Assembly (NCBI GenBank): GCA_030264375.1 | Contig: JASCQW010000137.1 | Span: forward strand, 33,575,657 to 33,639,656 | DNA from: Carcharhinus longimanus | Taxonomy: Eukaryota | DNA length: 64,000 bases | Reading direction: 5' to 3' | Shown: piece by piece, positions 43,614 to 57,039 of the stretch | Layout: each line of letters starts with the position of its first letter | How positions within the stretch are numbered: position 1 is the stretch's first letter | The notes under the pieces: generated by a model | What the model was told of the DNA's origin: nothing | What the model saw: the letters and a program-made list of their open reading frames with translations, nothing else | Database searches by the model: none | Translations under genes and position numbers: made by a program

Positions 43614-43837
43614 TAAATTGTCTTCATTTTGTAGAATTTCAGGACAAAATTTGTGCTTTAGTGCAAATATATACTTAACCATTCAAAATAGCAAAATTTA
43701 TATCTGCATCTCTGTTTAAAATAAAAGATCATTAACAATAATGAATCACTATTTAGTTTTAAATTCAATTTTTATAATGACGGCTAATTTTGAGAACTGT
43801 TTGGAGACTTTGGGAATGAATAGCCATGTCCAGATGA

Positions 43838-44062
<225 letters not shown>

Positions 44063-45799
44063 TAAGTTCTACCCTTGTTGTTCAGTTGCCTTTCCTTGCC
44101 CCTCTTGGATGCCATTTTGAACTATAAGGTGGACTTGGCATAAGGTGCTCTGTTTCCCATTGAAGAGAATGAAATAAATGTCTTGGCCCTCAGCATTGTC
44201 AACTTTCCAGAAATGAATAGGTAACAAACATTGGAACATATTGACATTGGACATGATCTCTTGAACTAATAAGCATGATGAAGAATTCCTAGTACCTAAT
44301 GAAGTTTCATTTGACTATCACTCACACTGCATCTTTGATTCATGACAGCATGGTAAAAATCATATCCTTTCATCAGGGAAAAACCTGACGCACAGTAAAT
44401 TCTCTGCTTGCGTAAAATGATCTCCTCATTTTCCCTGACAAATAACCTATTAATACGTCTACTCCACTAATGCTCAACTGATGGCATTCGCTCCAAGGCA
44501 AAAGTGTGCAAGGTCCCAGAAGAAGAGTAAGGTTTGTTGGTAAAAATAATTTGGCCCCTATCCAATTTTATACCACAAACTGGGTTCAGAATAGGGAGAT
44601 ATTTTGAACTATAGGTGAATTATATTTTCTGCTATTTAACTTGCCCTTAAATTGAGCTAATGTCCACTGCATAAATGTCAGTTGTTTTCACCATGAGCAA
44701 GGGCGTTGCAAGTTTTGTGGATTTGTTTGTTTTTCAAAATCTGAGTGCAAACTGATTTGAAACTGACCAATCTCATTTTTTGCAGGTTTTTAAGGTAATA
44801 GGAGCAGGCCATTCAGCCTGTCGAGCTTCCTCTGCTATCCAAATCATGGCTGATTATTCTTTGTGCGATTATACATGTGAAATGGGTATTATGGGAGTAG
44901 TTGGTGGATAGGTAGAGTAAATCAGAAAAAAAGTCACCTTTTTTAAGTACAAAAATCTGCTTCTGGGGCTTGAGGAATATGACTTTATTTCCATAAGTGC
45001 AAAGTCAAAAGATATTGGCCCAGAGTTTGCTTGGGAAATAACATTTTTGTTGTGCATGCCATTAGTAATTATTGTGAAGAGCAGATCTGTCATGAATCGC
45101 ACATTCATGCAAATTTTTGCATGATTTCTGTCACTCCACCATCTGCGTTCCAAACTGAGTTTACCATTAATTCCAGCTTTCAGAACGTTGCTGGATTTGC
45201 TCCTTAAACAAGCATCAAATTCCTCACTGAACACTGGAGCTGATATTTAACAAATGTAATGACCCAAATTTGCTTCTGTACTTCACCTTGGCGGCCCCAA
45301 AAAGGGCACTATTGGAAAGGTGGTTTCATTCCTGTAAGTAGTGAATTGTGTCAAGGTTTTTGTTCTGATGCTTGCCTCTTTTTCTCAATTCAGTCTTTCT
45401 TTCCCCCTCTCCCCTTGATATCTACTTTTAATTCTAGTTTGTTCTTCCTTCTCTGTTCTTCCTGTTTCTTTTATTAACTTAACATTAAGGGGATATATTG
45501 ATGCTTCTTTAAGTATCTGCCCCACCAGCCTGACTATGTTGTTATTAACAGTTCCAGCAATGTGAGACACAAGCTTTCAAATTGATGGGTGAAGCATAAA
45601 GACCTGACGGTCAAATGTCCACTCCTGGAAAATCTGGTCTGTACAGATCTTTATTCAAGAATGATATATACCTTTTACCCCCAAACATTGGTATTGGGTC
45701 CAACTATGTTGAACACTCTAATTTTTCATTATTTTTCATTCCTTTCCTTCCTGAAACTAGCTCTTTCTCTGTTATCCAGTTGTAAGCGCACCTCAAGTT

Positions 45800-47420
45800 C
45801 TTTTTTTAACATTCATTTGTGAATGTGTATGTCTGGCAAAGCCAACATTTTATTACTCTAATTACCCTTTAGAAAGTGGTGGTGACTTCTCACGACTAAT
45901 CTGTGGTGAAGGTTCTTTTGAGGAAGGTGTTCCTAGATTTTGGTCCATTTGTTGAGCTACATTCCTCCATGCAAGTGGAGGGTGTTCCATTACCCTCCTG
46001 GCTTGTAGTCAGTAAAAAGACTTGTGGAGTGGGTGGGTAAGTGAAGGAATTCCCAACCTCTGGTCATATGTTATAGCTGCCATATTACATGACTTGTCCA
46101 GTTAAGTTTGAGGTTAACTGTGATCTATAGGGTGTTGATGGTGATACCATTGAACATTTTAAGGCTAAGTAAACTCTTGGTTTGGAGCTGGTCATTGACT
46201 AGCATTTATATGGTACAAAAATTACTTTCCACTTGTCAGCCCAAGTCTGGTGTCCAGGTCTTGTATGAGGACATGGACTGTTTCATTATCTGAAGATCTC
46301 TGAATGGAAATTAACATTGCAATCACTGATGAGCATCCTCCTTCTGACCTGACCTTGCTTGGAGGAACTTGGGATGGGATGATTGCCTTCTGACAACTGC
46401 ACCCATATTTGTGTGCTCGGTATAGTGCTAGCCAGTGGGGAGTTTCCCTGATTTCAGTTTGCTAGGGTTCCTTGATGCTTTACTCGGTTAAACACTGCCT
46501 TGTTACTAAGGCCCATAACTGTCACTTCATATCTGGAGTTCAGCTTTTTTACCCATGTTTGGACCAAAGCTTTAATGAGATCTGAGGCCAAATGCTCCTG
46601 ACTGAACACAAATTGAGAGCCAGTTAGTAGGTTATTGGTAGGTTGATATTGATGTCAACAACAATTTCCGTTGCTTTAATTGCGAGTAATCTGATGGAGC
46701 AGAAAGTAGTTTGATAGTAAGGGTAAAGTGAGATGTGGCAGGCCATAAGATTACAGAAAGTGGTGCAATTTTGTTCTGGCTTTGGTCGACAGCTCTTCCT
46801 GAATGTCCAACCTTGAGTTGCTAAATCTGTTCTGAATCACACCATTGTGTGGCAGTGCCACACAACACACTAGGGTATCTTTAATATGAAGATGGGACTT
46901 TTTTCAAGAGCTATGCAGTGGCCACTCTTACCAATACTGTCATGGACAGTATCTGTGAAAGGTAGTTGGTGAGGACAAGGTNNNNNNNNNNNNNNNATAT
47001 GATGTTCTCAGTCATCACTGTCCCAGTCTCAGATATGTCCTTTGGGACTTGGTCAGTAGTTGTGCTACCTGAGCCATTCTTGGTGATAGATGTTGAAGAC
47101 CCCATCCAGAATACCTTCTGCACTTTCTTTTTGCATCTGGTGTTTAACGTGGAGAAATACTCATTCATCAGCTGAGACGGGGTTGTAGTTGTTAATCAGC
47201 AGGAAGATTCCTTGCTCATGTTTGACATGATGCCATGATACTTCATGTCTGACATCGATATTGAGGAATCCCAGGACCGGTCCCTTCCAACTGTAAACCC
47301 TTGACTCACCATCTCTCGTGGCTCTGTCCTCTGTGGGACAGAACCTACCCAGTTCCAGTGACTGAGTCTGAGATACTGGCTGAAAGGCGCAGTTAAGTAA
47401 GACAATGTTGCTTGGGTTGT
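45800..47420 (-). mobile_element. Decayed, internally deleted LINE (same tail family as 35020)
   Basis: Starts with reverse tail ctggcaaagccaacatt..ctaattaccctt.agaaagtggtggtg; downstream LINE-like debris. Confidence 0.5.
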
Positions 47421-47874
47421 CTGTTGGACAGCAAACCACTGTAGCCGCTTGCCAAGCGTTTAACCATGGACCAATCCAACGGAAGTCCATGATTGCCATA
47501 TCTTAGGATATGGAACCTGAAGGAGAAGGAGGCTATTGGACAACCCTGCTCGGTTTTGGCAAAAAAAGTTCGACAAACATCGCTGTGTATACTGGACTGG
47601 ATGTGTTTTTGCGAGTAAATCTAATGCCTTCAGGAATGATTACCTGAGTTTAGGTATGAGTGGTGTTGGCAGATGACTAACCAAGGAGAAATTACAGATT
47701 ATTCTGATCCCGTTCTCTTGCCCTTCAGAAACACTGACTTTTATTTTAACTGCTTCCTAGCCGGAATGCTGTATACCACTCTGAGCTGAATCCTGCCAAC
47801 TCGGACAAGAGAATGAAGCTGCAAGTTGTGATTAACCCTTGAAGCCACTAGGAGAATTGCCTTTTCTTTTGGCC

Positions 47875-48205
47875 ATCTCTGCCTGGCCAGCATTTATTGC
47901 CCATCCCTAATTGCCCTTTTTCAGAGGGCAGTTGAGAATTGACTAATATTGCTGTGGCTCTGGAGTTGCATGTAGACCAGACTGGGGAAGTATGACAGAT
48001 TTCCTTTCCTAAAGGATATTGGTGAACCGAATGGGTGTTTTCTAACAATGATTGCATTGCCATCAGTAAATTCTTAATTCCAGATATTTTGTATTGAATT
48101 CATATTCCACCATCTGCTGTGGTGGGATTCAAATCTGGGTCCCCAGAACATTAGTTGAGTTTCTGGATTAATTGTCCAGCAAAATACCACTAAGTCGTTG
48201 CCTCA
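47875..48205 (-). mobile_element. Second tRNA-derived SINE family, reverse copy
   Basis: ggccagcatttattgcccatccctaattgccc...ggtgggattcaaatctgggtccccaga. Confidence 0.75.
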
Positions 48206-48324
48206 CCATTGGCTGCGATCCAANNNNNNNNNNGTTAAGACTCAACAGTAGTATAATCTGGTGTAAGTGAACACTGTCAGCTAAGTGATTTCTAAATTTG
48301 TGCCCCTCGTCTCTTTTTCCTCAG

Positions 48325-48433
48325 AGCATTTTCAAGGAAACAGCAACAGTTGAGTGCGCTGAAGGTTCTGCAGAGGAACTGTGCTGCTTACCTGAAGCTC
48401 AGACACTGGCAGTGGTGGCGGCTCTTCACTAAG
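48325..48433 (+). CDS. MYH10: Exon: [36 protein letters not shown]
   Basis: ctcag|A GCA...AAG|gttgga; 109 nt. Confidence 0.96.
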
Positions 48434-48750
48434 GTTGGACTTGCTTTCTTCCCATTACGTTTCCACAAAGAAAGACCAACGCAAGTTACAATTAGGAGAT
48501 CATCTTTTCAAGATTACGATGCAGATGTGTAGATGTTTGCAGTTGGCTAGAAGATTACTGACATTTTTCTCCAAGTGTATTTCATGACTGACATCTTCAA
48601 AACAATCTTGGCCAGATATTCAAGATGGATTTGAAGCGTTTGGTTTTTGTTTGAAAAGGAATGTCGGCAGTGATTGTCACACTTTCTATATGCAATGAGA
48701 TGCATGTGGGTAAGCCACCATTTGCCATTTTTCAAATTCTCCTTTTTCAG

Positions 48751-48882
48751 GTGAAGCCATTGCTGCAGGTGACTCGGCAGGAGGAGGAGTTGTTATCTAA
48801 AGAGGATGAGTTGACTAAAGTGAAAGAGAAGCACGTAAAGGTGGAGGCCGATCTTACCGCAATGGCGAGAAAGCATCAACAG
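48751..48882 (+). CDS. MYH10: Exon: [14 protein letters not shown]...ARKHQQ (head-rod junction)
   Basis: ttcag|GTG...CAG|gtttgt; 132 nt. Confidence 0.96.
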
Positions 48883-49017
48883 GTTTGTGGAGCCTTTATA
48901 AGACAGTATGAATAAGATTATTGCACAGGGATTTGTCTCTCTATCCCCTTAGAATCTAATTGAGATTGAGGAAATAATGAAGTGGGAAGAAAATGGGTGG
49001 AAGGCAAAATAAGTAAG

Positions 49018-49256
49018 TTAATCACAGAATCCCTACAGTGCAGGAGGAGGCCCATCAGGTTTGCACCGACTCTATCAGAGAATCCCCATGTATTTACCCC
49101 GCTAACCTGCACGGCCTTGGATTGTGGGAAGAAACTAGAGCACCCGGAAGAACCCATGCAGACATGGAGAATGTGCAAACCCCGCAGTCACCCTAGCCTG
49201 GAATTGAACCCTGGTCTCTGGCGCTGAGGCAGCAGTGCTAACCACTGTCACTGTGC
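49018..49256 (-). mobile_element. HE1-like SINE
   Basis: agaatccctacagtgcagg...gaattgaaccctgg...gtgctaaccactgt. Confidence 0.85.
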
Positions 49257-49539
49257 TGTTAATGGGAAACAAAGTGGCTGTTTTTATTTGATGGTTTTCC
49301 CGTTGCTTGGGTTCAGACAATCCACAATGGGTTTATATGCCAATTTATATCTGGTATATAACTACTTTGAATGTCTATGGGTTTTTGGTCCCAATAATAA
49401 ATACTGATTAAGCATCAACTTAAGAGCTGTGTTGAGTGCTACTTGCCTCTATGTTGCATCTTTTCTGTTTGAGCTGCCCATTTTGGGGCACAATACAGGT
49501 TTTAACATGTAACTAAATGTAGTGAATGCTCTTGTGTAG

Positions 49540-49746
49540 CTAATTGAAGAGAAGAACATTCTGGCTGAACAGCTCCAAGCTGAGACAGAACTCTTTGCAG
49601 AAGCTGAGGAAATGCGAGCGCGCTTGGCCAACAAGAAGCAAGAACTGGAAGAAATCCTGCATGATTTGGAAGCGAGAGTGGAGGAAGAGGAGGAAAGAAA
49701 CCAACAGATGCAGAACGAAAAAAAGAAAATGCAACAACACGTTCAG
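49540..49746 (+). CDS. MYH10: Rod exon: [25 protein letters not shown]...KMQQHVQ
   Basis: tgtag|CTA...CAG|gtgcct; 207 nt. Confidence 0.95.
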
Positions 49747-50369
49747 GTGCCTGCATTAGGGTGATAAGATGGCAATTTGGGGACAGGAGGGGCAGTAAGA
49801 GGTTTTGGTGGTGGAACCTAGGTGCATATCCCAACTAGACTGAAACAAAAGGTTCCTTGCATCTGAAGCTCCTAATGTAATTGGATAATTCCAGTCCAGA
49901 CCTCTAATTGTGGCAATAAAATGGCTATTTCATCATTGATGTGTAACCCACAACCATGTTTCGCAGTTGAGGGAAAAGTTGCTGGAAAAACTTCTATTTC
50001 CACTAGATATTCAAAAATTAGACTAGTATGATTCAAAAGGTCAAATGCAAATAACATTGTACTTTGACATGACTGCAAGTTTGTTCTTTCTCCCTCCCGC
50101 AGACCCCCACCATCTTATTTTTTCCTCCCTCCAATCTATCTATCATAAATGTTTTGCCATGCCAAAACACTTCACAAATATACCTCTTCAGTGTCATTTT
50201 GAATATCAATTTAATGTAAAAGTCTTTAGACTGGGAATCTTATGCCAGCGTGATACTTGTTAGCTGGCTGTGGTGTTCTTAAGCAAGGTTGCTTAACCAA
50301 TTCCGATCTAACTTCGTGTTTTTTTAAAAAAAAAGCAGTCAAGGGCACAAACCTGTAATCATTAGTTGA

Positions 50370-50597
<228 letters not shown>

Positions 50598-51529
50598 TAA
50601 TGTACCATTATAAGATAAACAGAAATCAGTGGTTCAAGTCAAAGATCTTTTCTCCACCTTCATTTTAATTAACAGTAATGATATTGCCTGGATATTCTGG
50701 TGGTTGAATTGTGCTGCTCAGTTACTATTTTCCGAACCTCCATTTAGGGCATCCTATTCCCCCTGTCCCTTTCAATATTCAATTGCTCCTTATTTAGTTG
50801 GAGGGTTTTTGTCCACCGAACAATCATCCCAACATTTGGTAAATTATTTTGCGTTTGGCTTACAAATAAGGGGTAGAAGTACTTTTAACCAACCAGAGAT
50901 CACATTAAAGATTACCATTTTACTCCATTCTGATTTGAATTCTAGCTAACAGGATTAATGGGAATGGTTACTTGAGTGGTGACGCTACTGGATTAGTAAC
51001 CCAGAGGCCCGGACTTGTGACAAATCTCACCGTGGCAGTTGGCGAATTCGGAGTAGGAGTAGACCTGCTCAGCCAGTCAGTATGATCATAGCCGATCTGG
51101 TTTTGGCCTTGACTCCACGTTCCAGTCCAGTTACTAAATCTGGAGCAAAAAGCTAGGTCTGAATTGTGCAGGCCACTCAAGTTGGGATAACAGGCAGCTG
51201 GACTTATAAACTAGGGCACTATGCCATCAGCAGTGTGCATATTGCCAGCCTGCCTGCTCCCACCGTGACTTTACAAGTACCATCAGATGGGTCACCCATT
51301 CAGGAGCCAGTTGAGGCCATTAGTTGGCCATTAATTGATTTGATGGGTGCTGGGAGAGATCAGCGCACAAAGTGCAACCTGGCAAGTTTAACCCTGCCAA
51401 CCTCTCTGCACAGATTTACCTCCAACTGCATCCCACCTCCAGTCACTGCCCAATAAATTAGGCCCCTAAACAAGACACTGGCTCACCTCCAGTATTTATG
51501 GTGCTGGGAGCCTTCCCTCAGTGTATAAC

Positions 51530-51835
51530 TTGAAAGAATGTTCTCCATGGTGGCAGAGTCTGGAACTGGAGATCATGGTTTACCCCATATCCTCAAACTT
51601 TTTAGGATTAAGGTGTAGGAAAAATTTCTTCACACTCAATGGAATCTGCAGAATTCACTACCACAGAAAATAATTAAGGCTGAAATGTTGTGATATCAAG
51701 TAGAAATTGGAAATAGATCTTGGGGCTTAAGGGATCAAAGGATATGGGGGAAGGTGACATCAGGATATTGAATTTGAATGGTGGAGCAGGCTTGAAGGAC
51801 CGAATGGCGGTCTCCTGCTTTTATTTTCTGTTTCT
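51530..51835 (+). mobile_element. CR1 3' fragment
   Basis: gggatcaaaggatatgggg...gaatggtggagcaggcttgaaggaccgaatggc. Confidence 0.65.
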
Positions 51836-52149
51836 ATAATCCAACTCTTGGTCTCAGTGCAGGTGACTGTATAGCTACCCATTTTCATTAAGATCAGTCT
51901 GGTTCACAGATTTCCTTCAGGGAAAGAAATCTGCCATCTTTACCTGGTCTGGCCTACACGTGACTCCAGAGCCACAGCAATGTGGCTGACTCTTAACTGT
52001 CCTTTGAAATGGCCAAACAAGCTACTCAGTTCAAGAGCAATAGGAGACAGGCAACAAATGCTGGCCTTGCTGGTGACACCACATCTCAAAAGTTGTTTTC
52101 CTACTTAGTCGCTTTGGATTTTATTGGTTTAGGAATATTTAGGAATTTC

Positions 52150-52510
52150 AGAGGAAGACGTGAATACTTTGCCAGGTGTTAGCGATGGAAAGGTGGTAGG
52201 AGTGGAGGGCCTTAATGACATTGTTGTTACTCGAGAGGTGGTGCTCGACAGACTGGAGGGGACTGATTGTGGACAAGTCCCCAGGACCGGATGGAATGCA
52301 TCCGAGGGTTCTGAAANNNNNNNNNNNNNNNNNNNNNNNNNNNNNNNNNNNNNNNNNNNNNNNNNNNNNNNNNNNNNNNNNNNNNNNNNNNNNNNNNNNN
52401 NNNNNNNNNNNNNNNNGGAACTGAGCCACGACAGATCAGCCATGATCTTATTGAATGGCGGGGCAGGCTCAAAGGGCTAGATGGCCTACTCCTCTTATTT
52501 CTTATGTTCT
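52150..52510 (+). mobile_element. Younger CR1 LINE spanning an assembly gap
   Basis: ORF2-like DKSPGPDGMHPRVLK; 3' UTR gatcttattgaatggcggggcaggctc. Confidence 0.8.
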
Positions 52511-52575
52511 TAATATGAAAATCACTTGTAGTGTTAAGTATTAACTTCATTCGAAATATTGCTTTCCTAAAATAG

Positions 52576-52699
52576 GAGAAAAAATTGTTTGAAGACCGGA
52601 TTTCTGAATTTACCTCTCAACTGGCGGAGGAGGAGGAAAAGGCCAAGAATTTGGGTAAAATCAAGAACAAGCAGGAAATGATGATTACAGATTTAGAAG
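52576..52699 (+). CDS. MYH10: Rod exon: [12 protein letters not shown]...MMITDLE
   Basis: aatag|GAG...GAA G|gtgaga; 124 nt. Confidence 0.95.
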
Positions 52700-53242
52700 G
52701 TGAGAAGACCTCAGTGGGAAATTCATTCCAACGTGGTGACCAAAATTTCTATATTGAACAGAAAATAACCAGTGTAACCATAACACACGATTGATCCTCG
52801 GAATGCGCTGGATCTGAATTTAGATGCAGCTGGTGCACTGCTTCATGAAGTTGACTTTATAAACAGAAAATGCAGCCAAGTTAACCTCATGAAGGAAGGG
52901 TGTTAGTATTTGCAGTCTAAATTATTGTCTGATTTCGGTAATCAGCAGTGGTAATGGTAATGGTGCTGGTGCAAAAGGAAAGGAATGTTAAATTAATCGT
53001 ACATGGCTTTCAGATGGCGTTGGCTTGCGGAGCATAATGGTCTTTTGATGCAGTGAACTAACTATGTCTTTGATCCTTTGGTGATGGCTTTTAAGATTTT
53101 GTATTCCTGTCCTGTCATTAGGTTGCTGAATTGCACTTGGCAATATAGTTCTTGGCATGGCTTCAAGCCTGTAGCTTTGTGCAAGTGACCACCTCTTCTG
53201 TATGAATGTTGGTGGTATGTTTGACGTGGGGGTGGGGCATCA

Positions 53243-53495
53243 TTCCAAAGATGTGGGGGTTAGGTGGACTGGCCATGCTAAATTGCCACTTTGTGTTGGG
53301 GGACTAGCAGTTTGAGTTAATGTATTAGTGTCATAAGTAGGCTTACGTTAACACTGCAATGAAGTTACTGTGAAAATCCCCTCTGGTAAATACTTGGGGT
53401 TAAGGGGATAGAGCCTGGGTGGGATTGTTGTCAAAGAAAACTCAATTGGCCTGCTGGCCTACTTCTGTCCTGTAGGGATTCAATGATTCTATGAT
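53243..53495 (+). mobile_element. HE1-like SINE with a nested short insertion
   Basis: HE1 core interrupted near 53315-53385. Confidence 0.75.
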
Positions 53496-53504
53496 CGTTG
53501 TCAA

Positions 53505-53977
53505 ATGCTGGGGCATTGAGTTTAAAAACTGACAGGTTATGTTGCAGCTTTATAGAATCTTATTCAGACCACACTCTGAACATAGTGTTCAATTCTGGTC
53601 ACCACACTACCAGAAGGATATGGAGGCTTTGGAGAGGATAAAGAAAAGATTTACCAGGATGTTGCCTGGTATGGAGGGCATTAGCTATGAGGAGAGGTTG
53701 GTTTGTTGTCTGAATGATGGGGATTGAGGGGTGAGCCGATAGACGTCTGCAAGATTGAGGGCCGTGGATAGTCAGAAGCTTTTTCCCAGGGTGAAAGAAT
53801 TGATACTAGAGGGCTTGGATTTAAGGGGCAAGGTTTAAAGGAGATGTATGAGGCATGGTTTTTTTATATAGAGGAGAGTGGGTGCATAGAGCTCGCTGCT
53901 AGGGGAAGTAGTGGAAGCAGATACGATAGTGACTTTTAAGGGATGTCTTGACAAAATATGTGAATAGAATGGGAATA
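53505..53977 (+). mobile_element. CR1 ORF2 3' fragment
   Basis: ORF 53539: VQFWSPHYQKDMEALERIKKRFTRMLPGMEGISYEERL. Confidence 0.85.
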
Positions 53978-54189
53978 TGTTTCTATAATCCAATTCTTGG
54001 TCTCAATGCAGGTGACTGTATAGCTATCCATTTTCATTTAAGATCAGTCTATTTCATTGATTTCTTTCTTTACCTGGTCTGACCTATATCTGACTCCAGA
54101 GCCACAGCAATGAGGTTGACTCTTAACTGTCCTTTTGAAATGGCCGAACAAGCTACTCAGTTCAAGAGCACTAGGAGACGGGCAACAAG

Positions 54190-55415
54190 ACAGGGATACG
54201 GATGCACGGGATTGAGGGTGATTTTGCGGTTTGGATCAGGAATTGGCTAGCTGATAGAGGGTGGTGGTTGATTGGAAATATTCAACCTGGAGTGTAGTTA
54301 CTAGTGGTGTACCGCAGGGATCTGTTCTGGGGCCACTGCTGTTTGCCATTTATAAAAATGACAAACGATGAGGGTGTAGAAGGATGGGTTAGTAAATTTG
54401 CGGATGACACTAAGTCGGAGTTGTAGACAGTGAGGATGGATGTTACAGTTTGCAGAGGGACGTAGATAAGCTGCAGAGCTGGGCTGAGAGGTGGCAAATG
54501 GAGTTTAATGCGGNNNNNNNNNNNNNNNNNNNNNNNNNNNNNNNNNNNNNNNNNNNNNNNNNNNNNNNNNNNNNNNNNNNNNNNNNNNNNNNNNNNNNNN
54601 NNNNNNNNNNNNNNNNNNNNNNNNNNNNNNNNNNNNNNNNNNNNNNNNNNNNNNNNNNNNNNNNNNNNNNNNNNNNNNNNNNNNNNNNNNNNNNNNNNNN
54701 NNNNNNNNNNNNNNNNNNNNNNNNNNNNNNNNNNNNNNNNNNNNNNNNNNNNNNNNNNNNNNNNNNNNNNNNNNNNNNNNNNNNNNNNNNNNNNNNNNNN
54801 NNNNNNNNNNNNNNNNNNNNNNNNNNNNNNNNNNNNNNNNNNNNNNNNNNNNNNNNNNNNNNNNNNNNNNNNNNNNNNNNNNNNNNNNNNNNNNNNNNNN
54901 NNNNNNNNNNNNNNNNNNNNNNNNNNNNNNNNNNNNNNNNNNNNNNNNNNNNNNNNNNNNNNNNNNNNNNNNNNNNNNNNNNNNNNNNNNNNNNNNNNNN
55001 NNNNNNNNNNNNNNNNNNNNNNNNNNNNNNNNNNNNNNNNNNNNNNNNNNNNNNNNNNNNNNNNNNNNNNNNNNNNNNNNNNNNNNNNNNNNNNNNNNNN
55101 NNNNNNNNNNNNNNNNNNNNNNNNNNNNNNNNNNNNNNNNNNNNNNNNNNNNNNNNNNNNNNNNNNNNNNNNNNNNNNNNNNNNNNNNNNNNNNNNNNNN
55201 NNNNNNNNNNNNNNNNNNNNNNNNNNNNNNNNNNNNNNNNNNNNNNNNNNNNNNNNNNNNNNNNNNNNNNNNNNNNNNNNNNNNNNNNNNNNNNNNNNNN
55301 NNNNNNNNNNNNNNNNNNNNNNNNNNNNNNNNNNNNNNNGCCATGATCTTATTGAATGGCGGGGTAGGCTCGAAGGGCTAGATGGCCTACTCCTGCTCCT
55401 ATTTCTTATGTTCTT
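54190..55415 (+). mobile_element. CR1 RT-domain fragment, gap and 3' UTR
   Basis: VTSGVPQGSVLGPLLF, SKFADDTK, LQRDVDKLQSWAERWQMEFN. Confidence 0.88.
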
Positions 55416-55639
55416 AAGTTGAATTCAGAGAAATTCCCTCATTTCTTCAGTAAAGCACTCATTATGAAAATTTAATTTGTACATCTTGAATGGGTTTTTT
55501 ACGGCTTGTGTTTTGTTGAGAGGTTTAAACCTAAATTATATATAGTTCAAATCTAACAAATTTATAATTACAGGAGAGTAGAATGAAATAATTGATGGAT
55601 GTATTTTCCAGTCACTTACACTGCTATTATTTTGTGCAG

Positions 55640-55811
55640 AACGTTTGAAGAAGGAAGAAAAAACTCGTCAAGAGCTGGAAAAATCGAAGCGGAAGCTGGA
55701 TGGTGAGACTACTGATCTGCAAGATCAGATTGCTGAGCTACAACAGCAGATTGAAGAACTAAAGATTCAGCTGGCAAAGAAGGAAGAGGAGTTGCAGGCT
55801 GCACTTGCCAG
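55640..55811 (+). CDS. MYH10: Rod exon: [14 protein letters not shown]...LQAALAR
   Basis: tgcag|AA CGT...GCC AG|gtctga; 172 nt. Confidence 0.95.
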
Positions 55812-56059
55812 GTCTGAGACCTTAAAACCAATCTCCTACCGACAGGTTCATTCTACACGTGAAAGATACATTTGTTACTGCCCCATTTCCCCCAGAACAA
55901 AATATTGGAATTCTAAATGTTCAGGATTGACTTGAGCGTTCGAATGTGTAGGAGTTCCTAAATGGTAGGAAGCTGGAAATAAAGGAAATCCAAAAGAGAC
56001 TGAGTGGCAGGGGGAGGGTGATTAGCATGTAGACAAATCATTAAAATGTCTTGGTTGGC

Positions 56060-56725
56060 TTACGGAATGCTGGTGTTTATACCTGGGGAGCTAAAATTCG
56101 AGGAGATGGAAGTTATGTTGCTGCTGTTGTACAAAGCCCTTATTAGACCAGAATCCTGAGAACAATTCTGGGCACCACACCTTTTGGAAGAGCTCTGACA
56201 AAGGGTCATCCAGACCCAAAGTTGGCTCTCTTCTCTCTCCTCAGATGCTGTCAGATCAGCTGATGTTTTCCAGCATTTTCTGTTTTTGTTTGGAAGTGTG
56301 CTGTCCATGGGAGTAGTAGTGTAGATTTATCAGAATGAAACCTAGACCCCCAAACATTAAATAAAGTGCAAAGATACATACTGGCTTCATATTTCCTGAA
56401 ATTTAGCAACTGAGGGATGACTTCAAGATATAAATGAAACTGATCAAGTAGATAAAATGTTTTTAGCTGATTGGAAAATCTCAGAAGGGGACATAGCCTA
56501 AAAGTTTGGTCTTTCAAGAGTGAAGTTCAGAAACACTTCAAACCACAGTGGTAGATGTTTGGAACTCTTTCACAAACAGTGAGTAAAACTATCTAAACTG
56601 TTATCTTAAGATTGGATTTTTGTTAACCAGATGTGTTACAGGATATGGGGAAAAGTAGGTCACAAGTTCTGTATCAGTGCAGTTTGAGGGGGCTCAATGG
56701 TTTCTCCAATTTTCATCTTCCTATA
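56060..56725 (+). mobile_element. Decayed CR1 fragment with a nested Penelope-type end (about 56190-56295)
   Basis: ctgtacaaagcccttattagacca...ttctgggcaccacac; insert ctgacaaagggtcatccagac...ttttccagcattttctgttttt. Confidence 0.55.
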
Positions 56726-57039
56726 TATGCATCATTGGGTTTCTTTTTTTCCAATGCGGTGTTTGCGATATTTTAAATTGCAAATGAGGATATAATCCAT
56801 AGATCGAAAATGTCCTGTTGAACTCTGCTTCAAATGACTGAGTGTGACTGATAGTCTGGCTTGGATTTGAACTCAGCGAAATTGCGTGTCTTTGTCTGGA
56901 CTATTCATGATTGGAGGATTTGATATTTTTGAGGGCATGAAGGGAAAAGGGAAGGTCAAATGGACAAAAACTGCCACAAATGTTTACCATTTGGCCAATT
57001 TATTTTCCCAAATCTGTAGTTTGTTTATAGCATCTCCAG

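Noticed and set aside
54450-55422. ORFs of about 300 aa (and others rich in X at 16.8, 17.9, 37.6, 52.3 and 59.8 kb)
   Set aside because: Artefacts of N gaps, mostly within collapsed repeats.
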